Source of the DNA: Terriglobia bacterium
Lineage (GTDB): Bacteria > Acidobacteriota > Terriglobia > 2-12-FULL-54-10
Length of the DNA stretch: 64,000 bases
NCBI GenBank assembly: GCA_965222345.1
Contig: CBDCTS010000006.1
Span: 15,146-79,145 of the forward strand
Reading direction: 5' to 3'
In this document: piece by piece, positions 1 through 10,626 of the stretch
Layout of the letters: each line of letters begins with the position of its first letter
Position numbering within the stretch: the first letter of the stretch is position 1
Notes under the pieces: model-generated
What the model was told of the DNA's origin: nothing
Seen by the model: only the letters and a program-made list of their open reading frames with translations
Databases searched by the model: none
Position numbers and translations under genes: made by a program

Positions 1-386
1 CGACCGCTGAGTAACATCCTGTGCCAGCGGAACAGCATGTCACGCGAAAGCGGCTTTGCGAACGAGCGATAAAGATCCACCATCATCTCGGCGATACCTT
101 GCTCCGCCGGACCTGCCCGCCGCTTATCAGTCGCCAGGCCGAGTTGCTTGCGGATCGAGGACTGAACACTAGCCCGATCCAAGGTCTCACCCTCAATCTC
201 AGATGTGGTCAGGGCTTCGGCACTGATCGCTTCGATCGTGAGTTGCTCCCGGTCACCTTCATCTAGGTGTTTGACCGTGCCTGCTAACACACCGCTTCCG
301 ACGAGAAACACGTCCTCCGCCTTCTTTAGACGATCCTTGTCCCAGGAGAACTTGGGCCAGTCCGGTTGCTGCCAGTTCCACATCAT
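1..386 (-). CDS. Fic-family protein with DUF4172-type N-terminus (runs off window start)
   Basis: Manual translation MMWNWQQPDWPKFSWD...TSEIEGETLDRASVQSSIRKQLGL; absent from the ORF track because it is partial. Confidence 0.85.
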   Translation of the reverse strand, partial: MMWNWQQPDWPKFSWDKDRLKKAEDVFLVGSGVLAGTVKHLDEGDREQLTIEAISAEALTTSEIEGETLDRASVQSSIRKQLGLATDKRRAGPAEQGIAEMMVDLYRSFAKPLSRDMLFRWHRMLLSG

Positions 387-406
387 GAGCGAAAGCGGAT
401 AGTTCT

Positions 407-461
407 ATCGATCATGATAGCTCACAATATGATCGATTGAAACCCATTCAATCGATCATGA
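407..461. promoter_or_regulatory. Repeated ATCGATCAT boxes upstream of fic (putative operator)
   Basis: ATCGATCATGA at 407 and 451, inverted copy ATGATCGAT at 429. Confidence 0.4.
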
Positions 462-798
462 GTTTGTGTTCCCGAACCTCGGTGAAGTGCTGTCGCCGCG
501 TCTGCTCGCGTCGCGCGTAGGATTGAATCTCGTCCGGGCTGACCTCGAGCTGGTCCGCGACAAAGCAGGCGGCCGATCGCGGAGCTGCGCTCAAATTGCG
601 CGGAACGAAGCCGAGGTAGCGAAGTGCACAAAGCTGAAGCGCGAGCCCCAAGCGGTTTGCTGCCCCCCGCCGGATGACGACGAGGTCCCGGTCGGCACCC
701 GTCAGCGTGAATGCTCTGATCAGGTCATCGCCCGGGATTTCCTCGGGAAAGCCGGCCAACCTAGCCAACTCAGTCTCTGAGAAAATAGATACTGGCAC
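448..798 (-). pseudogene. tnpA: Tn3 transposase N-terminal (DUF4158) fragment
   Basis: RRGAANRLGLALQLCALRYLGF...YARREQTRRQH; only 116 aa. Confidence 0.85.
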
Positions 799-925
799 TG
801 ATGTCTCTTCCGATTGGGTTGAAGGTTTCCGAGTCGTAGTTTAAGATACCGATTGTGAGACCGCCCACGGCACGGATTTCGCTCCGTTCTCAGGCGTCAC
901 AGAAACGGTCGTTTTGGAGACGCCA

Positions 926-1054
926 GTGCTGATCGGCTACGCGAAGGTCAGCGAGCTATGCCTGGAGCTAGGCGTAACCAAGGCGACGATCTACCGCTAC
1001 GTAGCGCCGGATGGTTCCTTGAGAGACCGAGGGCGACAGGTCCTGGCTCGCTAG
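926..1054 (+). pseudogene. tnpR: Serine resolvase with almost the whole interior deleted
   Basis: VLIGYA fused directly to the C-terminal HTH KVSELCLELGVTKATIYRYVAPDG; divergent from the tnpA fragment. Confidence 0.7.
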
Positions 1055-1072
1055 GCGGTCCCAAGAGCGGCC

Positions 1073-1110
1073 CTTAACGTGCGATTTTGCTCCGTTACTG
1101 TCGGAACCCC
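1073..1110 (-). repeat. Tn3-family 38-bp terminal inverted repeat
   Basis: Reverse complement GGGGTTCCGACAGTAACGGAGCAAAATCGCACGTTAAG (GGGG...TAAG pattern). Confidence 0.85.
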
Positions 1111-2236
1111 ATGATGGACGGGCTCTACTGCCAACGGATGAATAGTTTATGGAATTGATTCCGGAATCGTTACGTCGAGTTCATGAAGATGGCGAGATCG
1201 TGTTTTTCTGCGGTGCGGGTGTGTCCATGCCCGCGGGGCTGCCAAGCTTCAAGGGGTTAGCCAGAGCCGTCCTTATGGACCTGCTCCCACCCAAGGATAG
1301 TTGTGAACCCGGATCTACGGCAGCACTAGCATGGCAGGCTTTCGAAGATTACAGGTACGATGAGGCCCTGGGCATTTTGGAGTCCCCCCATGAAGGCTTC
1401 GATCCGAAGAACGTGCGCGAAAAAGTGCGCCATCACCTGTCATCGCCGAGGATCAGAACCCTCGAGAAGCATTTTATTTTGACCCGATTGGTGGATCTCG
1501 ACACGGATCGCGGTCGCCTTGTCACAACAAATTTCGACCGCTTGTTTGAGAAGGCACAAGCAAAACTGCCGAAGCAGGAAGGCTCCAGCCATTCGATGGC
1601 TGTGCATATTGCCCCGGCTTTGCCGCCAGCCAAGCCGCTGACTTTCCGAGGATTGGTATACCTGCACGGCAGACTGGAGAGTAGCCCGGATGACCGGCAA
1701 CTCGTCTTGACCACGGCCGACTTTGGTATGGCCTACATGCTGGAAGGATGGGCGCTCAAGTTCTCGTCCGAGCTGTTCCGCCACTACCGAGTCGTCTTTA
1801 TCGGATACCGCGTTGAAGACCCAACGATGCGCTATCTGGTGAGCGCTCTGGCGGCAGCGCGCGGGGAAAGCCCGCAGCAATTCAAGGAGCCTTACGCTTT
1901 TGCACCCTATGGCGGTGGCGAAGAAGTAGCAACTGCGGCAGAAGCCGAACAGCAATGGCAACTCAAGGGTATAACGCCGCTTTCTTACGATGCCGCCAAC
2001 GACCACCAACAGCTTTGGGACGCGCTAGGGGAGTGGGCCGATGATCACCGTCAGGGCCTCGAGGGGCGTCGGCAAAAGGTGACCCTCCTCAGCCAAACCT
2101 CACCTACGGACGAAAACGATCCTGCTATCGGAGAGATAGCTTGGGCGCTCAAGGATGTCGAGGTTGCAAGATATTTTGCAGATCTGAAGGAGGAACGCCG
2201 TCCGAAGCCGGGCTGGATTGTTCCTCTAGAAAAGAA

Positions 2237-3535
2237 GGTTCTTCCGGGTTTCTAGTGGGCGAGTGTGGCTCGGTGGTAGTCTCGCGGGATGCAAGACCGC
2301 GAGCTATACCGCCAGATTCTGGGCATCGAAAGTCCCTGGAAAGTCGCGCGAGTGGAGCTGCGCCGAGCCGACGGCGAAGTCCACATCTTCCTCGAACACG
2401 ACGAGCAAGTCCGCTGGCCGTGCCGCCAATGCAGCGCCGTGTGCGCACTCCACGATCATCAGCCCGAACGCCGCTGGCGTCACCTCGACACCTGTCAGTA
2501 CCGCACGATCCTGCACGCCCGGCCGCCGCGCAGCGACTGCTCCGAGCACGGGCCGCGCGTCGTGCGACTGCCCTGGGCCGAGGCTTCCAGCCGCTTCACC
2601 GCGCTGTTTGAAGCTCTCGCGATCTCGTGGCTGAAGGAAGCCAGCCAGCAAGGCATCGCCGAGTTGCTGGCGCTGAGCTGGGACGAGATTCACGGCATCC
2701 TGGAACGCGCCGTGCAACGTGGGCTCGAACGTCGCGCGGCAGAGCCGATTCCCTACCTGGGCGTCGACGAGAAGAGCTTCCGCAAGCGCCATCGCTATCT
2801 CACCGTCGTCAACGATCTCAACCGCTCGCGCGTGTTGTTCGTCGCCGAGGGACGCCGCCAGGCCAGCCTGGACGGCTTTTGGAAGACGTTGAGCGCAGAG
2901 CAACTCGCCCGAGTCGAGGCCGTCGCGATGGACATGTGGGATCCTTACGTCGCCTCGACCCGGGAGCATCTCGACGAATCGGAGAAAAAGATCGTTTACG
3001 ACAAATATCACATCGCGGCGCATCTGGCGAAGGCGGTGGACCAAGTGCGGCGGGCGGAGAACAAGCGTTTACTGGCCCTCGGCGACGAACGTTTGACAGG
3101 CACGAAGTACGCTTGGCTGCGGCATCCGGCGAACTTTTCCGAGGACGCCTGGCGCGAGTTCCGCGCGCTGCGCGAAAGCGACTTGAAAACGGCGCGGGCG
3201 TGGGCGTTGAAGGAAACGGCGATGCGGCTGTTCGACTATCGTCGCGAATCGGCGGCGCGAGCTTTCTTCGAGCAATGGCGCGGCTGGGCGAGTCGCAGCC
3301 GGCTGACGCCGATGGTCACCGTAGCGCGGATGTTGACGGCTCGCCTCGAAAACATACTCACGTATCTGAAACACCGCATTACGAACGCGGTCAGCGAGGG
3401 GTTGAACTCAAGGATTCAATGGGTCAAGGCCACGGCGCGCGGTTTCCGCAATCAACAGAACTTCATCAACGCCATCTACTTCCACTGTGGGAAACTCGAT
3501 CTGGCTCCTTCGCCCACTTAAAACCCGGAAGAGCC
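2237..3535 (+). mobile_element. ISL3-family insertion sequence
   Basis: IRs GGTTCTTCCGGGTTTCTAGTGGGCGA / GGCTCTTCCGGGTTTTAAGTGGGCGA; 8-bp TSD GAAAAGAA at 2229-2236 and 3536-3543. Confidence 0.95.
2289..3521 (+). CDS. ISL3 transposase
   Basis: Zn finger, LGVDEKS, AMDMW, YDKYH, TNAVSEGLNSRIQ, ARGFRN. Confidence 0.95.
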   Translation: MQDRELYRQILGIESPWKVARVELRRADGEVHIFLEHDEQVRWPCRQCSAVCALHDHQPERRWRHLDTCQYRTILHARPPRSDCSEHGPRVVRLPWAEASSRFTALFEALAISWLKEASQQGIAELLALSWDEIHGILERAVQRGLERRAAEPIPYLGVDEKSFRKRHRYLTVVNDLNRSRVLFVAEGRRQASLDGFWKTLSAEQLARVEAVAMDMWDPYVASTREHLDESEKKIVYDKYHIAAHLAKAVDQVRRAENKRLLALGDERLTGTKYAWLRHPANFSEDAWREFRALRESDLKTARAWALKETAMRLFDYRRESAARAFFEQWRGWASRSRLTPMVTVARMLTARLENILTYLKHRITNAVSEGLNSRIQWVKATARGFRNQQNFINAIYFHCGKLDLAPSPT

Positions 3536-4415
3536 GAAAAGAAGGGGCTGCTGAGTTTGGCTACTAGCGTAACCGTTAACGGGGACCCCGTCGACGCGCC
3601 GCTGGTCTCTCGGTGGTTGGCCGATCATACCAACCTCCACGATGTGACGGTTCAGTTAAGCCGCTGGATCGTTGAATCACTCGATAGCCAAGAGGCGCTC
3701 GACTGGGCTATATCCAATGGAGCCGTGTTGCATACCCTACTCCGTCGGCAGATTCAGGCGAGATTGGAAGATGAGCAATGCCAGCCTCGGCCCGCCTTCC
3801 GCAAAATCTGGCGAGTGCTTGCGAACGACGGTTATGCGCATGCGCTCGCGGAAAAACATCAGGGGGCTGACTTCGGCGACTGGGGACGCGTACGCTTGGC
3901 ACCCGGCGCCGCTTATGCCACGCGATGTTTTTTGAACAGTCTGCGACCGATCCCGATATTCACGGTCATGCCTGAGTATCTTCGGTACCCGCGAGACCCG
4001 GATCCGGAACGCCCCAGTGACTGGTGCGAAATTGATATCGATCTGATCGGCATTGAGTACGATGACCATATGGAAAGCTTCCGGGAGCGCTCCGAAGATT
4101 GGGAAGGCTCCTTGGCCGCTATGGCGGACGAGCTGACAACACGTCTGCGCGAAGCCATGGACTGGCTTCGTGAGTTCGATCTGGCCACGGCAGACAGGGA
4201 CAACACGTACATTAAATATCCGTCCATCAGCCCGCACGAACAGAACACGCACACCCCTATCTGGACACAACTCATCGCGCTAACCAGGGACTCCTACGAC
4301 GCGCTTATCTCCGCCGGGCACGACGGTTCCGCCATGCGCCTCGTGCGACGATGGCAATCGCTGCCCTATCCGGTCTTCCGGCGCTTGGCGCTTTACGCCG
4401 TCGCGGGAGGCCGGA

Positions 4416-6188
4416 ATGCATGACGTGGATCTAGGGTTGGAAGTTCTTCTGGACGGTCCGCGACCGACATTGTGGGATATCCACACACAGCGCGAAGCGC
4501 TGAGATTTCTGAGAAAGCGTGGGCAGGATATTCGAGGAGAGCGCCTCGATAATCTCACCGAAGCGATTTTGAAAGGGCCGCCACGGCATCTGTATCGCGA
4601 CGATCTCACGGACGATGAATGGATCAGTCTGCGAGACCACGAAATTCGCCTGCGGCTTTACAAACTGACGGAGTCTGGTACGACGCTGCCGACATTGGCC
4701 CAACAAGTTTATGACCGCATTCAGCGCGGCGGGCCATGGCAGCCGCGGGGCGATCACTCGGAGGAATTCAGCGTATTCTCCGGCTCGGGCGGCTATGTTG
4801 ACCAAAACGATGCCGCTGCGCGCGAAAACTTCGCCGACATGTCTATCGAGCGATTTATCCAATGGTCGGGAACCCAGACCAGCGAGCCTTGGAAATGGGG
4901 GGATTGGGACGGCGGCTGGGGCCAGTTCGCGGAAAACGATATTGAGGCGTCGGTGAAACTGCTGAAAGGCGCTGCGGACAACGAAATCTGGCCGATTCCC
5001 CCTTGGTGGAAGATTCTGGATGCGCTCGGACAGAAGGGAAAGGAAGACGTTGCGGAAACTATTAAGCACGAGGTCGCGGACCTCCTGGTCAATATGCCAC
5101 CCGAGGAATTGGCCAAACTCGACTTTCAACCTGCAAGATGGCTCGAAGGCACATGGCAAAAGCTGGGGGAGAAACAGAGACGGGAACTGTGGGGGCGGAT
5201 TTGGAGTGCCGCCTCGTTGCTGAACGAAGCCCCGCAAGGCGGTTTGAATTACGACACGCCGCTTAACCATACCGGCGGAATTCTGGGGTACATCCTTTAC
5301 GAGGAAATGACAGGGTGTATCGTTAACGTTTCCGCTGGAGAAAACCCCGGTTTTCCCAACCGGCTGCGTCTGGACTTCGAGAAGATTGCCGTGGAAGATC
5401 ATCTATCCGCCCAGTTGGCGCGGGTGCGCCTCGCCCCGATGCTCGCTTTTCTATACCGTATAGACCCGGATTGGACCGAGTGCGCGTTCTTCCGCCGGAT
5501 GGACCCAGACGATGAGGCGACATTCGATCCGCATCTATGGGAGGGATACATCCGGTTTGGGCGCTGGTCGACCGACCTTCTGAGAGCGTTCAAACCGTTG
5601 CTATTACGGACGCTTCAGGGTTCCGATCTAATCCCGGTAGAGGTCCGTCATCGTGGGGTCGGTCTGTTCGTCCATATGGCGGTTCCACCGGACCGTGGGA
5701 TCGACATGAGTGAAGCCAAAAGCGCACTCTGGGGAGTGGGGACCGACGGGCTGCCCGCGGCCGCTGAAGCTCTTGGCGATATCCTACGAGGTGCGGGTGA
5801 CAAATCCTTCGCGCTCTGGCGGGATACCGTCGGCCCTTGGTTCGCAGGGGTTTGGCCCAGGCGAACTCAAGATAGATCGAAGGATCTCTCGCATGCACTT
5901 GCCTGTATGGCAATGGATTCTGGGGACGCTTTCCCGGATGTGGTCAATGCGATCGAAGACATTCTGACGCCTGAGAAATTTAACGCCGCTCTTTATAATC
6001 TGAATCAGGCCACCGATCTTGTCAGCCGGTACCCAGATGCTGCCCTGATCTTGGCGGACAAGATTTTCGGTGATCATGGCCATGGTGACCGTGACTTATT
6101 GAGGAAGGTGCTGGAAGCTATATCGACGGCAAAGCCTAAGTTGAAGAGAACGGACTCCTTTAAACGTCTTACCAGTGAGGCTGAATGA
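4416..6188 (+). CDS. C-terminal half of the Dsr1-like protein (frameshifted or split)
   Basis: Overlaps the upstream stop (ATGCATGA); helical protein ending in W..VWP...DAFP..V as in Dsr1-type C-termini; combined length about 1245 aa. Confidence 0.65.
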   Translation: MHDVDLGLEVLLDGPRPTLWDIHTQREALRFLRKRGQDIRGERLDNLTEAILKGPPRHLYRDDLTDDEWISLRDHEIRLRLYKLTESGTTLPTLAQQVYDRIQRGGPWQPRGDHSEEFSVFSGSGGYVDQNDAAARENFADMSIERFIQWSGTQTSEPWKWGDWDGGWGQFAENDIEASVKLLKGAADNEIWPIPPWWKILDALGQKGKEDVAETIKHEVADLLVNMPPEELAKLDFQPARWLEGTWQKLGEKQRRELWGRIWSAASLLNEAPQGGLNYDTPLNHTGGILGYILYEEMTGCIVNVSAGENPGFPNRLRLDFEKIAVEDHLSAQLARVRLAPMLAFLYRIDPDWTECAFFRRMDPDDEATFDPHLWEGYIRFGRWSTDLLRAFKPLLLRTLQGSDLIPVEVRHRGVGLFVHMAVPPDRGIDMSEAKSALWGVGTDGLPAAAEALGDILRGAGDKSFALWRDTVGPWFAGVWPRRTQDRSKDLSHALACMAMDSGDAFPDVVNAIEDILTPEKFNAALYNLNQATDLVSRYPDAALILADKIFGDHGHGDRDLLRKVLEAISTAKPKLKRTDSFKRLTSEAE

Positions 6189-6585
6189 TCGTATCGAAAT
6201 CCTGGGCAACATGACCGAAGACGAACAGCAGGAACTGCTCGGCACGGTAGCCGAGGCCCACGCCGGCCTGTCCGAGGTCGTCTTCAAGTTGAGGGCACCG
6301 AAGCAGGCTCCGGGAGGTCGGCCTCACAGTGGCGAGGGATCCGTCACTCACCGCCGCCAGCCACTAAAATCCCAGAAGAGAGACGGCCTGCTCATGAGCC
6401 CCCGGCGGCGTCGAGATCGCGAAGCGATTGCTCCGCCTGGGCCACTAGGCTTGCATTGTTGGTGTTCCGCGCTAGTGCGAGGGCGGTTTTGATGTCCTTT
6501 CGCGCCTCGGCCTTGAGTTTCAAACCGCCCTTTTGCCTCGCTCAGTGAGTATTTTCGTGAGGCCATCTTGGATTACCTTGGTCCG

Positions 6586-6912
6586 TCACTCCGTTCGTGT
6601 TCGTCGCCGAATCTTGACCTCCACCACCGCCCCCAGGGCCGTTGCGTAGCGCGCCAGCGTGCGCAGCTCGTAGTTTGTTGCGGTGCCCGTCTCGAGTTGG
6701 GCGATTGCCGACTGCGACACGCCCAACATTTTCCCGAGCTTCGCCTGGGAGACCTTCCGCGCCTTGCGGAGTTCGGCCAACTTGTCGCCGATCTCCAGCT
6801 GGGCCACCTCCGTATCCACCTTGGCCCGGAACGCCGGGTCGGCGTCGAGCATTTCGGTAATCCACGTCGCCGGCTCTGTCACTGGGCCGGCCCGCTTCGC
6901 CGTCTGCGTCAT
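6586..6912 (-). CDS. XRE-HTH antitoxin (HigA-like)
   Basis: LRKARKVSQAKLGKMLGVSQSAIAQLE; GGAGG RBS; downstream of the toxin. Confidence 0.85.
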   Translation of the reverse strand: MTQTAKRAGPVTEPATWITEMLDADPAFRAKVDTEVAQLEIGDKLAELRKARKVSQAKLGKMLGVSQSAIAQLETGTATNYELRTLARYATALGAVVEVKIRRRTRTE

Positions 6913-6949
6913 GTCGTCCTCCGTTGTCCGCTCTCCCAAATCGTCGTCG

Positions 6950-7285
6950 CTACCCGTCCTGAACTTCCTGCAGCCGCGTCCGCATCAGCCGGAGCACCGA
7001 TGTCGGGATGCTCTGCCGCTTCTTCACGATGGCGCCAAGCAGCACGATACGGCGGCCAGGCCGGAACGTGAAGAAGATGCGGACTCCGTGCCGTCGCCCC
7101 CGCAACTCGAACAGCCCGTCATCAAGGTTCTTGGTATGCGGCTTGCGCAGCGTGTTCCCGTGTTCCGTCAGGCGCACCAGCAAGGCCACGGCTTCGACAC
7201 GGGCCGGTTCGGGCAGGTCCGTCACGAAGCGTTGGACCGGGCGTTCGCCAGTAGCGGTGCAGTAGTGCGCGACGTCCCACGACAC
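6950..7285 (-). CDS. RelE/HigB (Gp49-like) toxin
   Basis: PHTKNLDDGLFELR...RIFF...VKKRQSIP. Confidence 0.85.
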   Translation of the reverse strand: MSWDVAHYCTATGERPVQRFVTDLPEPARVEAVALLVRLTEHGNTLRKPHTKNLDDGLFELRGRRHGVRIFFTFRPGRRIVLLGAIVKKRQSIPTSVLRLMRTRLQEVQDG

Positions 7286-7292
7286 ATATAGT

Positions 7293-7321
7293 ATAATAAG
7301 TTATAACTTATCTAATGTCAA
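7293..7321 (-). promoter_or_regulatory. Sigma70 promoter with palindromic operator for the TA pair
   Basis: TTGACA-17bp-TATTAT on the minus strand; perfect palindrome ATAAGTTATAACTTAT at 7296-7311. Confidence 0.75.
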
Positions 7322-7409
7322 AAGTTGACGACAGCGGTAACTGACCTGCCCCCATGCCAACACGGCCTCGGCCACGCTCCGGATCGCGCTTGCCTGGGAT
7401 CCGCTCATC

Positions 7410-7578
7410 CGGTCTGAGTGGCCCTGTGAAAGTGCTCCGCGAAGCCTCGCCCCAGGCGCTGCAACACTTCACCCGCTTCGATCAGGTGGACCAGCTTGTT
7501 GGGGCCAGCGAAGCAGACGCCGACACAGGCTTCATGGCACGGCTGCTGGCGCTGTGCAGCCTGCCCTGCACCAACCCC
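7410..7578 (+). pseudogene. repA: repA N-terminal fragment
   Basis: PQALQHFTRFDQVDQLVGASEADADTGFMARLLALCSLP closely matches 12758-13735. Confidence 0.8.
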
Positions 7579-7754
7579 GACGCACTTGGCCCAGGATTAC
7601 AAGACGCTCGCCACGACGTTACGCGGGCGCTCGAGGTGATGCTCCACGCCGTCCGGGGACGCGGGCCGGAGCGGGGCTTTGGCCCGAGCCGCTAGACGCG
7701 CTCTCGGTGCAGTGGGACGCAGACAGGCGTCATCAAGCCGGCTAGGACCAGGAC

Positions 7755-10289
7755 ATGACGAACGCAATGGAAAAGTCACCTCTATGGCAGAGGACCTTCG
7801 CGGAGTTCAACGACTCCGATGTCACCCGACTGGTCACATCTCTTCGTAGCGCCCGCGACCGTGTTGGCCACCTAACGTCAAGAATCGCAGCTAGTCTGCC
7901 AAGTCTGACGATGCACGACTTATCGCACCTGGACGGTCTCTGGACCGTCGCTGGCACGATCTCCGGTGAAGATTTCGCTTTCAACCCGCTCGAAGGGTAT
8001 CTATTTGGGAGCGCTGTCCTATTGCACGACGCCGCGCTCTGCTTTGAAGCCTATTCGGGAGGCCAGCCGGCCGTGCGGGAGACGGTTCAGTGGAAGGATG
8101 CGTACAACAGACGGAAGACCAATCAGGGCGTCAACATTGACGCCGTCGATTTCGAAGCCCTCAGGAGCCTACACGCGAAGGGAGCGGCAAGCCTTGCGAC
8201 CAAACTGTGGGACGCCGAGAAAAACCCACAATACATCATCGACGACGCCGACCTGAGAACTCAGTATGGACCGCTGATTGGGGAAATTGCATCTTCGCAT
8301 CACTGGAACATAGACCAAGTCGCGGAGCGGTTCTCGGTTCGGCGGCCACCGGCGGAGTTCCTTCCCCAAGGTTGGACAGCAGATCCACTCAAGGTTGCGT
8401 GCCTGCTGAGAGCCGCCGACGCCGGACACATGGACTCGTCTAGGGCACCGACTTTTCTGCTCAAGATTCTCGATATGAATTCCATCTCAGAGGCCCACTG
8501 GGTGGCACAGAACCATCTCGGTCAACTGACCGTCAAGGATGACGACTCGACGCAACTCGTCGTGGCGTCCACGGCACCTTTCCGGCAGGACGAGGCACCA
8601 GGATGGTGGGTCGCTTTTGACTTGGTGGCCCAACTCGACAAGGAGCTTAAGCACTGCAATGCCGTTCTCACCTCGGCGACAGGGCCCAAACGATCCTTCG
8701 CCTGCGAAGGCGTCGCAGCAGCAGGCAATGCGAAAGAGCTCGCGAGGTACATTGAGACGGACGGATGGGAACCGACCAATTCGTCCGTGCATGTGTCAGA
8801 CGTTACCGCCTTGGTGAGCAGGCTCGGCGGTGAGCAGTTGTATGGCACCGACGCGGACCGTCTCGCGATCGCATTGCGCGAAATGGTCCAGAACGCCGCG
8901 GACGCTATATCCGCAAGACGCGTGATCGGTACGGACCCAAGCTTCGAAGGCAATATCAGAATTCGGCTTCGCCGCGCGAATGGTCGCTACGTTCTGCAGG
9001 TCGACGATGACGGAGTGGGGATGTCACCCACAACGCTGTCCGATGACCTCTTGGACTTCGGCAAGAGCTTCTGGGCAAGCGAACGCGCCTCACGCGAGTT
9101 CCCGGGAATACATGCCGCCAGACACTCCCCGAGAGGCCGTTTTGGAATCGGCTTCTTCTCGATCTTCATGGCCGCGACTCGCGTGCACGTATTTTCCAGG
9201 CGATTCGACAAAGGCTTGGAAGATGTCCGGTGCCTCTCGTTCGACAACGGTCTTTCGCTGCGTCCAACTCTCACCGCGCGAAAACCGGCGGACCTCGGAA
9301 TGGACGTCTGCACGCGAGTGGAACTGGTGCTCAAGCCGGAAGTGCTCTCCGATCCCGACAAGATCGAGATTCCGTGCAACGTCCTTGGCCACCAGAACTT
9401 TCACGTGCCGTTCACGAGCTACGTGGCGGCATTGGTGAGCGGGATTGACGTTCTCATTTCCGTTAGAACGAATGGTGCGCGTACTCAGGTGCACAAGGGC
9501 TTCCCTCCGAATCCTGGGGATCGAGCCAAATGGCTTCGTACTCTCTCGTATGTCTCGGCTGGAGTAAATCGCCGGGCGGCGGCGCTCGTCGACGCCGTGA
9601 CACCCCGGCTACGCAAGATTCGTGACGGCAACACCTGCTACGGCTTAGCGGCGATAAGTATCTCTGAAGCCAATCAGTGTGACTTTCTGTCGACCAATGC
9701 CGTCGGTGGGCTCACCGTCGTCCCCGGTGGCGGCAAATCGTTTGTCGGCCTGATCGACCATCTGCCGAAGAACGCAAAGCGCGACCCCGGAGAGATAGCT
9801 GCACCAAGAAGCGCCGTCCAAGCTTGGCTGTCGGAGCAAGTCGACTTGCTGGATGGTCGCCTCTCGCCCGTCGAGTCTGTCGTGGCGAGCTCCTCGCTAT
9901 GTTACTTCGACTACGATCCAATCGACGTGCTGCAAGGAATCATAGTCATAACCCCGACGGGAGGTGACTTTTGGCGCCTCCAAGACCTCTCGGTCTTGCT
10001 CCGTGCCGGCAACAGGTTGGGGTTTCGAGTTTCCAAGCATGGCACGCCATACTTGGACCAGTTCGGTGAACAACAAACGATCGACGGTTTTGTTACTTGC
10101 ATCGCCATGGGGACCGGGAAGTTCATTGTGGCCGCGATGTCAGCGTCTGGGCCAACGCAACCGAAGTCTCTAATCGGTGTTATCCATCGGGCCTTGGTAG
10201 CTCAAGGCGCCAATCCAACGTGGACGACACACCCGGACAGGTATCAAAGCCTATTTGACAGATGCCATTGCCTTGAAGTGCGGATATGA
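7755..10289 (+). CDS. HD-CE phosphohydrolase fused to an Hsp90-like GHKL ATPase (predicted conflict/defence protein)
   Basis: TMHDLSH, LLHD, SHH, LRAADAGH, then REMVQNAADA, DDGVGM, GRFGIGFFS. Confidence 0.8.
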   Translation: MTNAMEKSPLWQRTFAEFNDSDVTRLVTSLRSARDRVGHLTSRIAASLPSLTMHDLSHLDGLWTVAGTISGEDFAFNPLEGYLFGSAVLLHDAALCFEAYSGGQPAVRETVQWKDAYNRRKTNQGVNIDAVDFEALRSLHAKGAASLATKLWDAEKNPQYIIDDADLRTQYGPLIGEIASSHHWNIDQVAERFSVRRPPAEFLPQGWTADPLKVACLLRAADAGHMDSSRAPTFLLKILDMNSISEAHWVAQNHLGQLTVKDDDSTQLVVASTAPFRQDEAPGWWVAFDLVAQLDKELKHCNAVLTSATGPKRSFACEGVAAAGNAKELARYIETDGWEPTNSSVHVSDVTALVSRLGGEQLYGTDADRLAIALREMVQNAADAISARRVIGTDPSFEGNIRIRLRRANGRYVLQVDDDGVGMSPTTLSDDLLDFGKSFWASERASREFPGIHAARHSPRGRFGIGFFSIFMAATRVHVFSRRFDKGLEDVRCLSFDNGLSLRPTLTARKPADLGMDVCTRVELVLKPEVLSDPDKIEIPCNVLGHQNFHVPFTSYVAALVSGIDVLISVRTNGARTQVHKGFPPNPGDRAKWLRTLSYVSAGVNRRAAALVDAVTPRLRKIRDGNTCYGLAAISISEANQCDFLSTNAVGGLTVVPGGGKSFVGLIDHLPKNAKRDPGEIAAPRSAVQAWLSEQVDLLDGRLSPVESVVASSSLCYFDYDPIDVLQGIIVITPTGGDFWRLQDLSVLLRAGNRLGFRVSKHGTPYLDQFGEQQTIDGFVTCIAMGTGKFIVAAMSASGPTQPKSLIGVIHRALVAQGANPTWTTHPDRYQSLFDRCHCLEVRI

Positions 10290-10626
10290 CCAGGCCGAGG
10301 AAAGGCGACCAGTCGCTCGGTGGTCTCCCTGTTCAGCGCCTGGACCTGTACCTGGTAGCTCTGGTCAGCGGTCAGGCTGGTGTTCGAGCCGGAGGCCGCC
10401 CTATTCGACCCGATCAACATTGCATAAAGGTATCGCTAATCACATTGGTTTTGCAATACCGTTTCGCAACGCCTAAGTTCTTGAAAACACATTCGGCCCC
10501 GGATCGTTGCAAAACCGTTCCTTTCTGCAATCCCTCCTGGTGTGAACCCGCCGCAAAAATTCTCGCTGGAGCCTGGGTGCTCGCCCAAGCCGAGCAGGAT
10601 CCTGATACCGCCAACTGCAAACCATG

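Larger units (their letters stand above)
1149..4423 (+). pseudogene. dsr1: SIR2-domain defence protein, Dsr1-like, N-terminal half, interrupted by ISL3
   Basis: SIR2 motifs FFCGAGVS, LVTTNFD, YLHG, FIGY; removing 2237-3543 rejoins PLEKK|GLLSL in frame (655 aa). Confidence 0.8.

Noticed and set aside
2627-4423. 598-aa ORF as a real gene
   Set aside because: The first ~300 codons are an alternative frame of ISL3; only 3536 onward belongs to the sirtuin gene
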